A DNA stretch of 64,000 nt from Camelus dromedarius (taxonomy: Eukaryota). Numbering within the stretch: position 1 is the first letter of the stretch; each line of letters opens with the position of its first letter. The notes below the pieces were generated by a model that was given only the letters and a program-made list of their open reading frames with translations, made no database searches and had not been told where the DNA came from. Position numbers and translations under genes: made by a program. The stretch is from NCBI RefSeq assembly GCF_036321535.1, contig NC_087436.1, positions 83,268,001-83,332,000 on the forward strand. Direction: 5' to 3'. Of the stretch, positions 1-12,931 are shown piece after piece.

Positions 1-2012
1 TTTCTGCTCTCGTGCCGGAACCCAGATTGCTTTGTCGAAGAAAGAACTTACTGACTATGTAGTGTTTTGAGGGTATAATTGTAGATAATCCCCATGTCCT
101 GAACATTCATTAATGGTCTTTGGTTTAATTACTGTCTAAGCTGTCTTACTAATGGATATTTGACACAGAATAACAGTACTGACTGGAGGACCTAATGAAT
201 GCCTTCCTTGCGCCAGGAACTGTAGTAAATGTTTTACACCTACTTGTATAACTCTTTCAACCACACTGTAGAAGGTTCTGTTTTTACCTCTTTTTACAGA
301 TGGGGAAACTGAGGTACAGAACTGTTAGGTTTCTTATCCCAGGGTGACACAACTGATAAGTATCAGAGCCCAGCTTTCAGGCTCTAGACTTTGCACTTAA
401 TCAAGACCAGTAAAGATTTTCCTGATAATATTTATTAGAGTGTGTTATGGGAAGCATTAGTTTATCACTTGTCCTGTTCAGATTAAAGAATGATTGACTT
501 GACTAAAGCTAAAAGTATGTTGCACTGAGGTTTACAGTTAGAGTTGGCATTTCCACATATTTTTGCACATAATTTAAAAATCTTACGAACTCATTAAGTG
601 ATTCTAACCTTTGTCAGCCAGCCAGTCCACTCAGTTATTTTAGTTCCACTTTTATATTTCATTCATTCATTTAAAAAATGTAGGTAACATTTGATAAGCA
701 GTTACCATTTTCTAGACTATGTGAAGCATTTTACCTGTGTTATCCCATTTAATCTTTCTGATGATCTTGTGGGAAAACTGAGGCTTTGTGAGATTAAAGA
801 GCTTGCCCAAATGAAGGGGCAGGGTAAGGGTTTGACGCTTGGTCTTATGATAAAGATTTTAAATAACTCACTGAGGTTTGAAACTTGCATCTCTGCAAAG
901 TAGAAGAGGCTTTCAATCCAAATAACCCAGTAAAAAGAGCTTTCGGGAGTGCTGTCGGAATATTCCAGATGGAAATGCTGAGCAGGCCTTTGGAATGAGC
1001 GTGTGTCAGTCAGGAGAGAAGACAGAATGGATAGGAGGGTTAAACCTGTGCACGTGATGAATGAAATTTAAAGAAAAAATGAGCATTCGTGGAGAGAGCA
1101 GAGAGAGGACAGCAGTGCGGGCACAGAGCTGCAGGGATTTCTGTTACTAAAGCAGCACGAGAAAGAAGAGAGAAACAAAAACCTCAACAGTGCTTCATGA
1201 GAGAAGGCAGGGGGAAGAGAGTGAGGAAAGAGGAGGTGACCAGCAGTGGAAAATGAGTTGGTGAAATCAAGGAGATGGGGCATGAGAAAAAGTCCCTGGA
1301 AGTGGGGAGTCCAAGGCTCCTGGTCCCCATGGAGAGAAGCATTTATAAGTAGAGAAAAGGGTTTGGAAGTTGGTGTTAGAGGAGAGGAAGCCAGTATTGT
1401 CTGTATTGGAAACAATAGTGTTGAGATTTTTTTTTTTCTTGTAAGAATAAGGGAGGGCTTATTAACACATTTGTAAACTGATGTGAAGGATTCCAGGAAG
1501 GAAGGCAGGAAGGAAGAGAGCGAGTAATTAAAGGAGCAGAGATGGGTTATGAGAGAATTATCTTGAGGAGGGATTGGTGTCATCAGGTGGGAGGCTGCCT
1601 TCTCATGGAATCAGCAGCCAAGCCAGTAAGTGCTTTATGCGTGCTTTGGTTTTTCTGTTTTTTGAAAATCTTAACATTTATGATTTCTTTATGTTTATTT
1701 CCATTATGCTTAATATAGCTTATGACTATAAAAATGATGCCAGTTGAGGTCAAGTTAATGTAAAGACATCAGACTCTTGGGTTTGGCAGACAGAGGGTTA
1801 AGTCTTAGCAGCTGTGTAACCTTGGGAAAGTTGGTCAAGTTCTTGAAGCCTCTCCACCCTCATAGGATTAATAGGAAAATTAAATATAACATGAGTAACT
1901 TGCTTACCACAGTGCCTACCAAACACTTGGGTCCACAAATAATTATTAAATGAGATTGAATACAGCAATACAGAGTTCTGCAAGTGATGCATCATTTACT
2001 CTGTTTCCTTAG

Positions 2013-2156
2013 GTTTCATTTAGTGGAGAAATTGGATATGACTTTGGAGGTGTCAGGGCAGAGTTTTTCCACTGTCTGTTTAAAGAAATGACCCGACCAG
2101 AGTACGGCTTGTTCACATATCCTGAAGAGGCTTCCTGCATGTGGTTTCCTGTCAAG
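2013..2156 (+). CDS. HERC5: HERC5 internal coding exon, HECT N-lobe (VSFSGEIGYDFGGVRAEFF...SCMWFPVK)
   Basis: ttccttag acceptor and gtaagt donor; 144 nt, phase 0-0; translation has the HECT F.GE.G.D.GG...EFF motif and resembles human HERC5. Confidence 0.93.
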
Positions 2157-2574
2157 GTAAGTCCTCTTTTTCTTTGCTTATGCTATTTCCTGATAGAAAA
2201 GGCATATCATGCACCATAGAAAATTAGGTTCTGTAGACTGTTCTATATAAATAGGAGAGGAATTAGTGATATAATTATGGAGATAAATTTTAATTCTAAA
2301 AATGTGTTATTTTCTCTAACATGCAGACCTCTCCCTGAGTTTCCATGTCCACATGGAGAACTTAAGCCATATATATATACATATATATATATATGTGTGT
2401 GTTTTTGACCATTTATACAATGTGTAGATTAAAATGAACCCTTCCTTTCTCAGGCATTCATTCTTTTAGTTCTGTTTTGCCCCAATGAATTTAAAGACAA
2501 AGGCTATGAAAAGAAATTATGAAACCTTTAGTTTATAAGGACTACGAGCCTCATGTGTTTGTATTCCTGTTAAT

Positions 2575-2890
2575 ACTTTTATTTTTTATTGAAATATATT
2601 TGACTTATAAGATTATATAAATTTAAGTTGTATAACATGTTGATTTGATACATTTATATTATAATATGGTTGCCATTTTAGTGATAATTAACACCTCTGT
2701 CACATCACTTGTTTCTTTTTAGTGGTTGGAATGATTAAGGTCTGGTATCTCAGCAAGTTTGATGACTGTGATAGGGTATTGTTGTCCCTCTTCACTCTAC
2801 TGTGCATTTGATTTCTAGGACTAATTTGCTACTCATTGCAGTTTTTTCCCACTCAGCAGCAGCTCTCCTATACCCTCACCCCATCCTGTT
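2575..2890 (-). mobile_element. Old L1 (L1MA-like) 3' end
   Basis: T-rich start followed by the typical attgaaatata...tgacttataa...ataaatttaag 3'UTR pattern. Confidence 0.6.
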
Positions 2891-3082
2891 AACGCATTTA
2901 GTAACCAAAACTGTGGCAAGGATTTAAATTGACTTACTGATTGAATATAAACTCTAAATATTCTTACCTCAAATTTTTTGGTTTTAATTTGTGATTTGAT
3001 TTTGTGAAAAGGTTTACTTAATATAAATACTCCATTGTACTGCTAAAAATTCATCGTATATTAAGTTTTTTTTTCTTTTCAG

Positions 3083-3249
3083 CCTCTATTTGAGAAGAAG
3101 AGTTACTTCTTCTTTGGGGTTCTGTGTGGACTTTGTCTGTTCAATTGCAATGTTGCCAACATCCCTTTCCCACTGGCTCTGTTTAAGAAACTTTTGGACC
3201 AAACACCATCATTAGAAGACTTGAAAGAACTCAGTCCTGTTTTGGGAAA
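3083..3249 (+). CDS. HERC5: HERC5 coding exon ([56 protein letters not shown])
   Basis: Polypyrimidine-ag acceptor, gtaagt donor; 167 nt; in frame with both neighbouring exons. Confidence 0.93.
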
Positions 3250-3943
3250 GTAAGTTAACATAACTGTTTTTTTCAGAACTCTGTATAACATATATTTAGA
3301 TAAATATTTAAACACACACACACCCCTGTAGTGTTTTCACATTCAACAGTAGCATTCTAGATACTTTAAACCAGTTTTAACTTTGACAAGAATTGTTAGA
3401 TAAGAATTTGACTTTCTAAAATTAAGAAAAGTTGGTTTTTTGTATTAGTCCTCACTGCTTGCATTAACCTTTGGACTTTATTTGTGTAGAGACAGTCGTG
3501 ACAGAGCACAAGTTACACTTCGGTGCACAGCCTGCAAGTGATGTTTATTTTAAAAGTTGTTTCACATCATCACCTTTAAAATGAAAACTTACTTCTAAGT
3601 TAAAAGACAAGCCACCACCTTGAAAATATATTGGTAACACATAATAGAAAGGGTTAATATCCCTACTCTGTAAAGCGTTCCTGTAAGAAACGTTGTCAGA
3701 GTATACAAGAAGGCAACTCACAGAAGAAGCAATAGAAATGGCTCATAAAATAAAAGACGGTCAATCTCACTAGTGATCGTGGAATGCATACTAAAATAAG
3801 AGGCTAATATGCATTTCAAGTTGACAGTGGTTGGAAATGCTGGTGATGGTCGTGTCAGCAAGGGTGTGGGAACCCTCTAATTTGAGGAATTGTGAGTGGA
3901 AGTGTAAACTGGTAACTTGTTTTCAGCGCACAGGGTGGCTATA

Positions 3944-4677
3944 TAGCGGTACCCCCTTACCTGTGGGAGATGTGTTCCAGCACCCCCAGTGGATGCCTGA
4001 GACCATGGGTAGTGTTGAACCCTGTATCTACCCTGTTTTCCTCTAGACATGACATAACTATGATAAAACTTAGTGTATACAGTCAGCACAGTATGAGATT
4101 AATAATGACTAACAATGAAGTAGAACAATTATAACAATACAGTGTAATAAAAGTTATGTGAATGTGGTCTCTCTCTCTCTCCAAATACCTTATTGTACAA
4201 ACCTAATGCCTTTTCCATCCTAACTGAGCACTTGTCATGCACCTTGCCTGTAACTTTTACAGTTGAGGCACAACAGCATGAGTTTCTTTTTCTTTCTTCA
4301 GTTTCACAGATGGAAGATTCTTTTCTTACTGGAGGTCCTAGCAATCTCAGCGTATGATTTTTTTTCTTTTCTTTCCTTATTAACTCAAGAACTTCTGCCT
4401 TTTCACTTAAAGGATACTCTTCATGCTTCCCTCTGGCACATCTGAATTGCCAGCATCACTGCTCTTGCGCTTTGGGCCCAATATTAAGTAAAATAAGGGT
4501 CACTAGAACACAAGCACTTTGATGCTGCAGGGGTCACAAGACAGCTTCTAGGTGACTAGGGATCTGCTGGAGAAAGGGATGACTCATGTACCGGACAGAC
4601 AGAGTGGGAGGGCCTGAGATTTCATCCTGCTTCATGGAACGGCATAAAGCAAAACCGTGGATAAGGGGGGACTACTG
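3944..4677. mobile_element. MER44/Tigger7-type TcMar DNA transposon remnant
   Basis: Degenerate terminal inverted repeats (tagcggtacccccttac / ggataaggggggactactg) flanked by TA; internal pogo-like transposase fragment on the - strand. Confidence 0.75.
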
Positions 4678-7312
4678 TACTTAGCATCAAAACACGTTTG
4701 CTCCTTTGACCTTTAGACATTTCCCACTCAGAAACACACAGTCACGCAAAGATCTGTGTAACACTGATGCGCATGTCTAGTTCCTCAGTAAGGGAATTAG
4801 TATTTTTGGTATATTTACACAGTGGAATACTGTGGAGATTTTTAAAAGAATGAGAACAGGAGTATGATCCTATTATTCCTATTTTACAGATTAGGAAACT
4901 GAAACGCACACAAGTGAGGTAGCTTGCCCCAGACCCCACAGTGACAGAACCATGATTTGAATATAGGCAGTCTGGCTCCAGAATCCCATTATTAACCAAT
5001 ATACTAACTATACTTATAAGGAAAAAAATATTGAGAGGTTTAGAAAGGAGGAGATAATTTTTTTTAACTGAAAACATTGAAAGCTTATGCATAAGAAGAC
5101 TTAATAAACCAAATATACATAAACTCAGTAAAGGTAAAGATCATTAAATATGTATTAGCATTACTCAAACTTTTATGTCTTAAGACTCTCTTAAAAATTA
5201 AGAGAGGACCCCGGAGAGCTTTTATGTATATCTTACATTGTTTACATTTGTCGGTATTTACAGTATTGGAAGTTAAAAGTGAGACATATTTTAAATACAG
5301 AAATACACACTCATCTGTTAGCTTTCATATAGCCCCTAGAAAATTCTGCCTTGTACTCACAACAGAATGTGAAGGAGGTAACATCTTAGTATTAAGAAAA
5401 CAGTTTTGACTTTGTGGACCCCTATAAAGGCCTTAGGGATTCCCACAAGTTGTTGGTCTGGGTCACACTTGGAGAATCACTGATCTCTATATTCATTGCA
5501 ACTCCTATTTTAATCCTAGCAGGTTTAAAAAAGAAAAAAAAACAAAAACTTGACGTGCTGATTTAAAATTTATATAGATGAACAAAGGGCCAGGAATAGC
5601 CAGAAATAATTTGTAAGGTGAATAAGGATGGGGAACCTAGCCAACCAGGTATCAAGGGTTATTAGAAAGCTGCATTAGTTAGGGCAGTATGGTATTGATG
5701 CAGGCTTTCTAGTGGGACAGGAGAGCACAGAAACTGACCCTACACACATGGCACTTTGTTAGAGGTAGTAGATTAAATCAGTGGGAATAGAAGTACTAGT
5801 CAGTTAATGCATCCAGGGAAAAAATGAGGGCAGGCATCTTAGGGCATACAAAAAAAATCAACTCTGTATGGATAAAGGACTTAAATATTGAATGCAAAAA
5901 TGATGAAAATATGGACACATACCTTTCTCACCGTTGGGACTTCTCAAGCAAGACATAAAAAGTTAATGTTGGTACATTAAAGGAAGGATTGATAAATTTA
6001 ATTGCAGTAAGATGAAGGAAGTTCCCTGTTCATCAAGAGATACTTTGATGAAAAGATCCTCTTCAAATCGTAAATATTTGTGTAACATTTAGGGGGTGGT
6101 AGAAAAATAAGATAAGGGAGGTACCCCTGATAGGTAGGTATAAGATGTTGGCAATGTTTTAGTTCTTGTTTGGGGAGGCAGGTTCACAGATGTTCTTCAT
6201 AAACACACCCATAAATAAGCAAATAAACTGTAGATGGACATATAATGACAGAGTATCATGAACCAAGTATTACGATGAATCCAAATTTGTCAGCCAAGTT
6301 CCCATTACTCTCCCTCACCCCCCAAAAAACACAGTGAATAAAATACAGTCTATTTTTATCCTGATTCCATAATAAAAGACCCAGCATCTTATCACAGTAT
6401 GGTAATAAAAAAAATCCATCAAGGGAGAAGGAGAAAGTCAACTTGGATTCCACCTTCTCCCAGAGGCCTTCCCCAGTGACATACATCCCTTCAGAAAGAG
6501 TTAAGCAGGCTCTCCCAAATTGTACCTTTATATTGTTTCTGGCTGCACATACCTGATAGCACTGTAGGTAAGACTTTCATCAACCCTACTATTCTCAGGG
6601 CTTATTGATAATAATTTATGTCTCAACTTAATATCCCTTATGCCTGCCATATCAAGTACTTAGTGTTTGTTGAATGAATAAATGAGTGAAGGACCACATA
6701 CTATAATAAGCAATGTATTACTTTAAAAGAAATTTTATAAAGTACCATTAGAACAACAGAAGATGGAAATATAAAAAGACTGACCTCCATGCTGATATAA
6801 CCTCTGTTCTCACAGATGCCTTGAGACAATTAAGGCAGTGAAATTTCTTGTCTGTCTTAAGCTTGAGGATATTGGGACAGGAGATACAGAGAAGGTCTTT
6901 TGACCCACCTATTCCTCAAAAATTTTAAGAGATAACTTGATAATTAAAAGGACATCTATTATTCTGTAAGTAAAATTTAAAAGCTCAAGGAAAGGTGACA
7001 CCAGTTTGAGTTTCTGTATCAGTGAGTGTGTTAGCTTTCCTTTTCAGAACAGATGCCTACAGTCACGGGGTAAAAGTTGGGGTGGAGGGAAGAGAGCTGG
7101 GAATTAGGTGGAGAGCCTACAGAATTGCAAATAAACCTCCATTCTCACACCTTGGGTGAGGTCTGGCCCTAGTTAGACTCTTAATACACAGAAACAGGTG
7201 CTGTGAACTGACCCTGACCCCCCACCTTGAGAACAGGCATGCTCTTGACGTTTATTTTAGTGTAGCTGTCGTGATTATTGATTTCTTAAACACAAAATCA
7301 TTTGTTCCTTAG

Positions 7313-7379
7313 GAGTTTGCAAACACTTCTGGATGATGAAGGCAATGACTTTGGGGAAGTATTTCACGTCTGTTTTAAT
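7313..7379 (+). CDS. HERC5: HERC5 coding exon (SLQTLLDDEGNDFGEVFHVCFN)
   Basis: ttccttag / gtgagt; 67 nt; phase fits the flanking exons. Confidence 0.92.
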
Positions 7380-7519
7380 GTGAGTAACAATAATGAAATT
7401 GCAGATCATATTTAAACTGATTAACCTTTGTATACGTACCTTTAGTAAAAAACCAAACTGAACCAAGCTAGTACAAAAGGTGCTTTTGTTTTGTTTTGTT
7501 TTCATTTTTCATGAGCAGG

Positions 7520-7966
7520 GTGTATCAGTTAGCTTTTACTATTTAGCAGCCAACATCTAAACTTAGTGGCTTAAAGCAAGAAACGTGATTCTGTGGGTTT
7601 CCAGACAGGGCTGACTTGGCCGGGCTGCACGGTCCACAGTGGCCTTGCTCACATACCTGGTCATTGGCAGGCTGGTCAGTTTATGGGGTGTCCTCTGGAA
7701 CAGCTGTCTCTGTGCTAGTGGTCTCTTGTCCTCCAGGCTCTGAGGCGTCTTCACAGAGTGGTCTCAGGGTTACACAGAGTGGAAAGAGATGGCAGGCCCC
7801 AACACCTCAGCTTCTTTTCAAGGTTTTGCTCCTGCCATACCCTGTTGGCCAGAGTACTTCACATGGCCTCACCCAGATACACGGGCCAAAGAAATAGACT
7901 CCCCTCTTGATGGGAGGTGGGTCACATTGCAGAGGGGCAAGAATACCGGGATGGGAGGAACTGGTG

Positions 7967-8002
<36 letters not shown>

Positions 8003-8013
8003 AATCTACCACA
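7520..8013. mobile_element. MaLR (MLT1-type) solo LTR with an internal poly-T run
   Basis: tgtatcagttagc...cttagtggcttaaa...ctaccaca signature. Confidence 0.65.
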
Positions 8014-8301
8014 CTGGGTCTGTACTGTATAAAGTGAATACTGAGGTGGCGATTTTCCAATTAATTTTTTTAGTATGATCAGCTGAAATAGATAATTCAA
8101 GTTTTTGTAAAAAATTCATTTTCCATTCTGCATGATAAAGGTGGTAATTTTTTATTTATACATTTCTCGCTCATTTTTATGACAAAAAAGTACATTTCTA
8201 CAAATTTTTGAGGAAAAGAGGTGTGCTCCAAAGTGTTTTTGTTGATAGTAGATGTTTATGATTACTTGGGAGATACTATATGAGTTCATTTGTGGTTACA
8301 G

Positions 8302-8372
8302 GTGCACTGGGACAAAAATGATGTAGACTTAATTCCTGATGGAAGTCACGTAATTGTCAGCCAGACTAACAA
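8302..8372 (+). CDS. HERC5: HERC5 coding exon (VHWDKNDVDLIPDGSHVIVSQTNK)
   Basis: ttacag / gtaggt; 71 nt; HECT LIP.G..I.V..TNK motif. Confidence 0.92.
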
Positions 8373-9827
8373 GTAGGTACAAAGAAATGAAATGTTTGGG
8401 TTTTTTATACACTGTATTTATTTCACTGGACTCTAAAAATTCCTTGTAATTATCATTTTCCTTTCTTAAGTAATCACTTTTCAATAAGGCAGAGAGTTGG
8501 TGCATATTGTGTATATGAGTGTGTCTCCTGGACTTTGTATTCTGGCTGAGAAGGAAATGGCTTTCTTGGGGAGGCCTTCCTTTATCTTCTTGTCTAGAAT
8601 GATACCACTGACTTCTCTCTTTATCCCCTTGCCCTGCTTTACTTTTTCTTTTCATGTCACACATTACCTACCTTTTGGATTTTTTGCTTCTTTACTTATC
8701 AGTGTTTCCCCCAGCTCTAAGGAGCTGCGTGATGGCAGGGACTTGGTCTGCGTTGCTCACCACTGTACTATATCCAGTACCTAGAGTGGTCCACAGCGGT
8801 GCCCGGTCCCTAGCAGGCACTTAGTTTTGTTAATATTAGAGGTTGCTGTGGTATCTTGATTTCCTGGTACCTAATGGGATGCCATTTAAAGCCATAGAGT
8901 TTGGGATCATAGAATGAATGTTCCCTTGATAACTGGGCAGAGTAGCAAAGAGATGTCTAGTTAGCCTGCTAGCCTAAGCCAAATGTTTTTCTTTGATTTT
9001 TTTTAAATCTTTATTTTAAAAACCTTTGTATTGTAGCATAACATACAGAAAAGTATACAGATTATAAGTTTGCAGATCAAGAAACAGAACACTTCTAGCT
9101 CTTGGGTACATTTTATGGATAAGCCCCAATTTATCCATAGTATGACTGACTGCCTCTGGCCCCTTTCCGTAAAAGAATTAGCAAACGTGCCCAAAGGAAG
9201 AAACTGCAAGTCGAGTGCTGGGCTCACCTCAGAGAGTTCTCTTCTCTCTTAGTCCTGAGGCTTCTTGAGTCTTGACTCAGATTCGGAAGCCTGGAGCTAG
9301 ATGTGCTTTGGTGTGTTACCCGGCTCTTTCTAGTTCTTCCGGCTGGGAACATTTGCTGCCAGCTGCTCATCATAGCTAGATGCATAAATCCCCTTTTTGT
9401 TTGTGTCTAACCACAAATAATATTACTCACTTTGACAAATTCATACAGTACAGAAGAGTGTAAGATAAAATATGAAAAGTTTCCTCCATCTCCCCAGCCC
9501 ATTCCCCAGAGCTGATCACCGATAACAGGTCAGGTTTTATTCTTCCAAACTTCCTCTTTTCTAATCTGACAATTCTCCTAACTGCGTGACCTTGAGCATC
9601 ATGTACCTTCACTGTGGCTCAGTTTCCTCTTCACCAAAATGCCCCAAGAACCTGCCTCAGAGAATTTTATGAAGATTAAATTAGATAATATGTGAAACAC
9701 AGCTCTAAGTTCATGGCACCGGTTGTTAGGTGTTCTAGCTCTTTATTTTTATCATTCTTTTCACCCCCTCCCCTACTTTTGTTCAGGATATTACAATAAG
9801 CTGAAATCATTTTTTGTTTCGTTAAAG

Positions 9828-10011
9828 GAGAGACTATGTTTCTAAGTATGTCAATTACATCTTCAACATCTCTGTAAAGGCAGTTTATGAAGAGTTTCAA
9901 AGAGGATTTTATAAAGTGTGTGACAAGGAGATTATTGAATTTTTCCATCCTGAAGAACTCAAGGATGTGATTATTGGAAATACAGATTACGACTGGGAAA
10001 CATTTGAAAAG
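9828..10011 (+). CDS. HERC5: HERC5 coding exon ([13 protein letters not shown]...[23 protein letters not shown])
   Basis: aag / gtact; 184 nt; HECT F.PEEL...I.G...DW motif. Confidence 0.93.
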
Positions 10012-10094
10012 GTACTTCATACAGGCCAAGAAGTTTAAATTAAAATTTTGTTTGTTTGATTCTTGAATTTTTTTTTTTTTGCATTTTTCTGTAG

Positions 10095-10197
10095 AATGCA
10101 CATTATGCACAAGGATACGACAATTCACATCCCACCATAGTGATGTTTTGGAAGGCTTTACACAAATTGACTTTGGAGGAAAAGAAAAAATTCCTTG
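10095..10197 (+). CDS. HERC5: HERC5 penultimate coding exon ([34 protein letters not shown])
   Basis: tctgtag / gtaagt after an 83-nt intron; HECT C-lobe GY...HP.I..FW motif. Confidence 0.93.
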
Positions 10198-11249
10198 GTA
10201 AGTATTACATCAGGAGTAGTTCTATAGAATCATGGCTTTTTGTAAGATAAGGAAGTCTTGTTTGTCAGAGGCACCATTTACAATGAGTCACAGTGTAAGA
10301 GCCACTCCTAGTCCAGTTGATGTCCTCTATGCCAGGCTGTCCCAACATCAAAAACCAAATGTTAATATAGGTCTTTTTCCTTTGATTTTCAACTCTGCCT
10401 GTTCTTTTCTTTGAGCTAAATATTGAGCCTTCTTTCTGTTACTGTGTCATCATTCAGTCACCCAGGCTCTGTGGGATTAACCAAGCTGTATAGTCACTTG
10501 TCTCCAGTTTTCTGCCTCACCTTTAGATTTTGATCTCAGTTTTATGCCGACTTGGTGGTTTTCCTGAGACTTGTTTAATGACTTTCTCTCTCATTTTCTT
10601 ACTCAGTTTCCGTACTTATTTTTGAGAAACATTTGTCTTCTTATTCTTATTTTTATGGATAACATGTATGTTGGAAGATACTCAGACTTCTTCAGAAGCC
10701 CAACCTAACTTTCCAATCTCAACTCTTAGAGGAAATCTTTGTTCTGGCCAAGTAGTTCTCTTGTCCGTACAAGGGACAAGGTGTCCAGAGCTCACCCTGT
10801 GCCTCCCACCTCCAGCTTTCTCAGAAGATCCATCCCTGCCTTGACCCTTCACCTCCCTCCTTGTTGCCCCTCTAAACCTTTCCCTCTTTAAAGGTTCAAC
10901 TTAATTCCCAACTGTCAGAAGTCTTCCTGGTCATCCCAGCCTGATTCTCCCTGCTCTGAAGTACAGCATTTACACTCAGGAGGGACTTAGATCCATGGCA
11001 CCTTGCTCGGCTGCCTTACACCCTTCTTTTTTTCTCTTGCTGTTTGTCTTTTCCTATACAATCTAATATTCCCAGCCAGACTGTAAGCTGCTTGAGAGTA
11101 GTGGCTCTGTGTCAGACTTTGTGGTCTGATAATGGTCTCCAGCGCAGCTCAGTGTAGGACTCTGCACGTGTGTGTTGAATAAACACATTTTCTCCCTATA
11201 AATTTTGGTCTCAGTGAAACAGATCACTCATTTTTATTCTTCCTTTTAG

Positions 11250-11455
11250 TATTTCTTACAGGAACCGACAGAATTCAAGTAAAAGGTTTACAGAACATGA
11301 AAATAACATTTTGCTGTCCTGAAAATTTGAATGAGAGAGATCCCATAAGAGCACAGACATGTTTTAGTGTCCTCTACCTCCCTAAATACTCTACAATGGA
11401 AAGGGTGGAAGAAGCACTTCAGGTAGCCATCAACAACAACAGGGGCTTCGGCTGA
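11250..11455 (+). CDS. HERC5: HERC5 last coding exon (VFLTGTDR...[15 protein letters not shown]...AINNNRGFG*)
   Basis: cttttag acceptor; FLTG motif; catalytic Cys codon at 11360-11362; TGA at 11453-11455; the NNNRGFG terminus is typical of HERC5. Confidence 0.94.
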
Positions 11456-11498
11456 CCCTGCCCCGCACTCCTTACCCCTTTGGGGAAATGCTTTCAAA

Positions 11499-11504
11499 AA
11501 TAAA
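11499..11504 (+). terminator. Candidate HERC5 polyadenylation signal AATAAA (a second one lies at 11747-11752)
   Basis: Canonical hexamer about 45 nt after the stop, followed by GT/T-rich sequence. Confidence 0.5.
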
Positions 11505-12917
11505 ATTAACTCAAAAATTAACATTGAAGTCTTGCTGACTGTTCAGTGTGTTTATCTGCCTTTTGAGAACTGCTCTTTTTACATGTAAGATGTATTAATA
11601 ATGATATAGATTAGGCTGTTAAAACAAGGTGATCCTGAAACATGAAACGAGATAGAAGTTTTTCTTCTTGTTTTTTTTTTTCCCTCATAAACGTCTGGGT
11701 AGTTTGTCCAGGGCTGAAATGGTTCTTCTCCCTCTCAAACTGCTCTAATAAAAGTCATAGGTGACTTTCTGTTTGTAAATTGCAGTAGAAACTTGCCCAT
11801 TTCCATCTCAAATATATGTATGGCCTTGGAAACCTCTGACTACTTTCTCCTCCAAGCTCTCAGGAACTGCGCGGCTTGCCTTCTCTTGGCTACCTTCCCA
11901 TGTCCTTTGCCTCCTTTTCTGCCTGCTTCTCTCACTCCCTGGACCTAACGTGGTGTAGTTGTCTTTCTCACTTTGCACTCCTTCTCAATGCCACGACGTC
12001 AGCTGTTCCTTCTGTGCTGCTGATACCTAGCTCTCTCTCTCTGACCCACAGGAACTGATCTACTCCAGCATCACAGCCATTTTTTCTGAGTAGTCCATGT
12101 CTCTACCTGCATGCCAGAAATCTAGATCTGCAAGGCAGAGTGAGCTGGACCCCTGCTGCAGATAAAGTTTAGTTTTTGGAGTGAGAAAACTTTCATGGGT
12201 AGTAGTGGGAGAAAAAGGGAGTCTAGGGCTGTGCTGTCCAATATGTGGCTATTTAATTAAAATTAAATGAAATGTAAAATTCAGGTCCTGTCACACTAGC
12301 CACATTTCAAATGCTCAGTATCTATATGTGACTGGTGGCTAATATATTAGTACAAATATAAGGACTTGCCACCAAAGGGGTCCATGACACACAAAACCCC
12401 TGCAATTTTGCATGTGCTTTTTCCCTTTTTTGTGAAGGAGAGCCAGTGTTTATCAGCTGCATATACCAAAACAATTTTAAAGCGATAAAGTCCATTTGCA
12501 TTAACGCTGTTATTACAGCTCCCGAATCCTTCCTGATGTGCCCCCTGCCCAGCTCCAGCCTGGTCTCCCACCACTGCCCTGCACACATGGTGTGCCACAT
12601 TCTAGTCAGCTGTAACCACCTCCGTTTCCTGAACGGGCCACAGTCTCTTTCCTGCGTTTTCACAGTCTGTCTTCTGCCTGGAACCCTCTTCTCACCTACC
12701 CCTACCCCTCCTGCTTCCTCACCTTATGTCTTCAGTTCCACCTCCCCCATCCGGGTTGTTTCTCAGGATTCCCTGTGGAGATCATGGCTATCTAGTGGAT
12801 GCCATGAGAGTGAATTAGTGTTTGTGGAATACGGCTACCTAGCTCTGCATTTCCCATGTGTAGTCTCTGGTTCCTCCTGCTTGCTTAGCTACCAGGGGTC
12901 CCGTAAGTTAGCCAGAA

Positions 12918-12931
12918 GTGCCACCTAGTGG
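12918..12931 (-). promoter_or_regulatory. CTCF motif CCACTAGGTGGCAC (reverse orientation)
   Basis: Matches the CCASYAGRKGGCRS core consensus. Confidence 0.65.

Noticed and set aside
9676..10128. 150-aa minus-strand ORF
   Set aside because: Antisense shadow of a HERC5 exon
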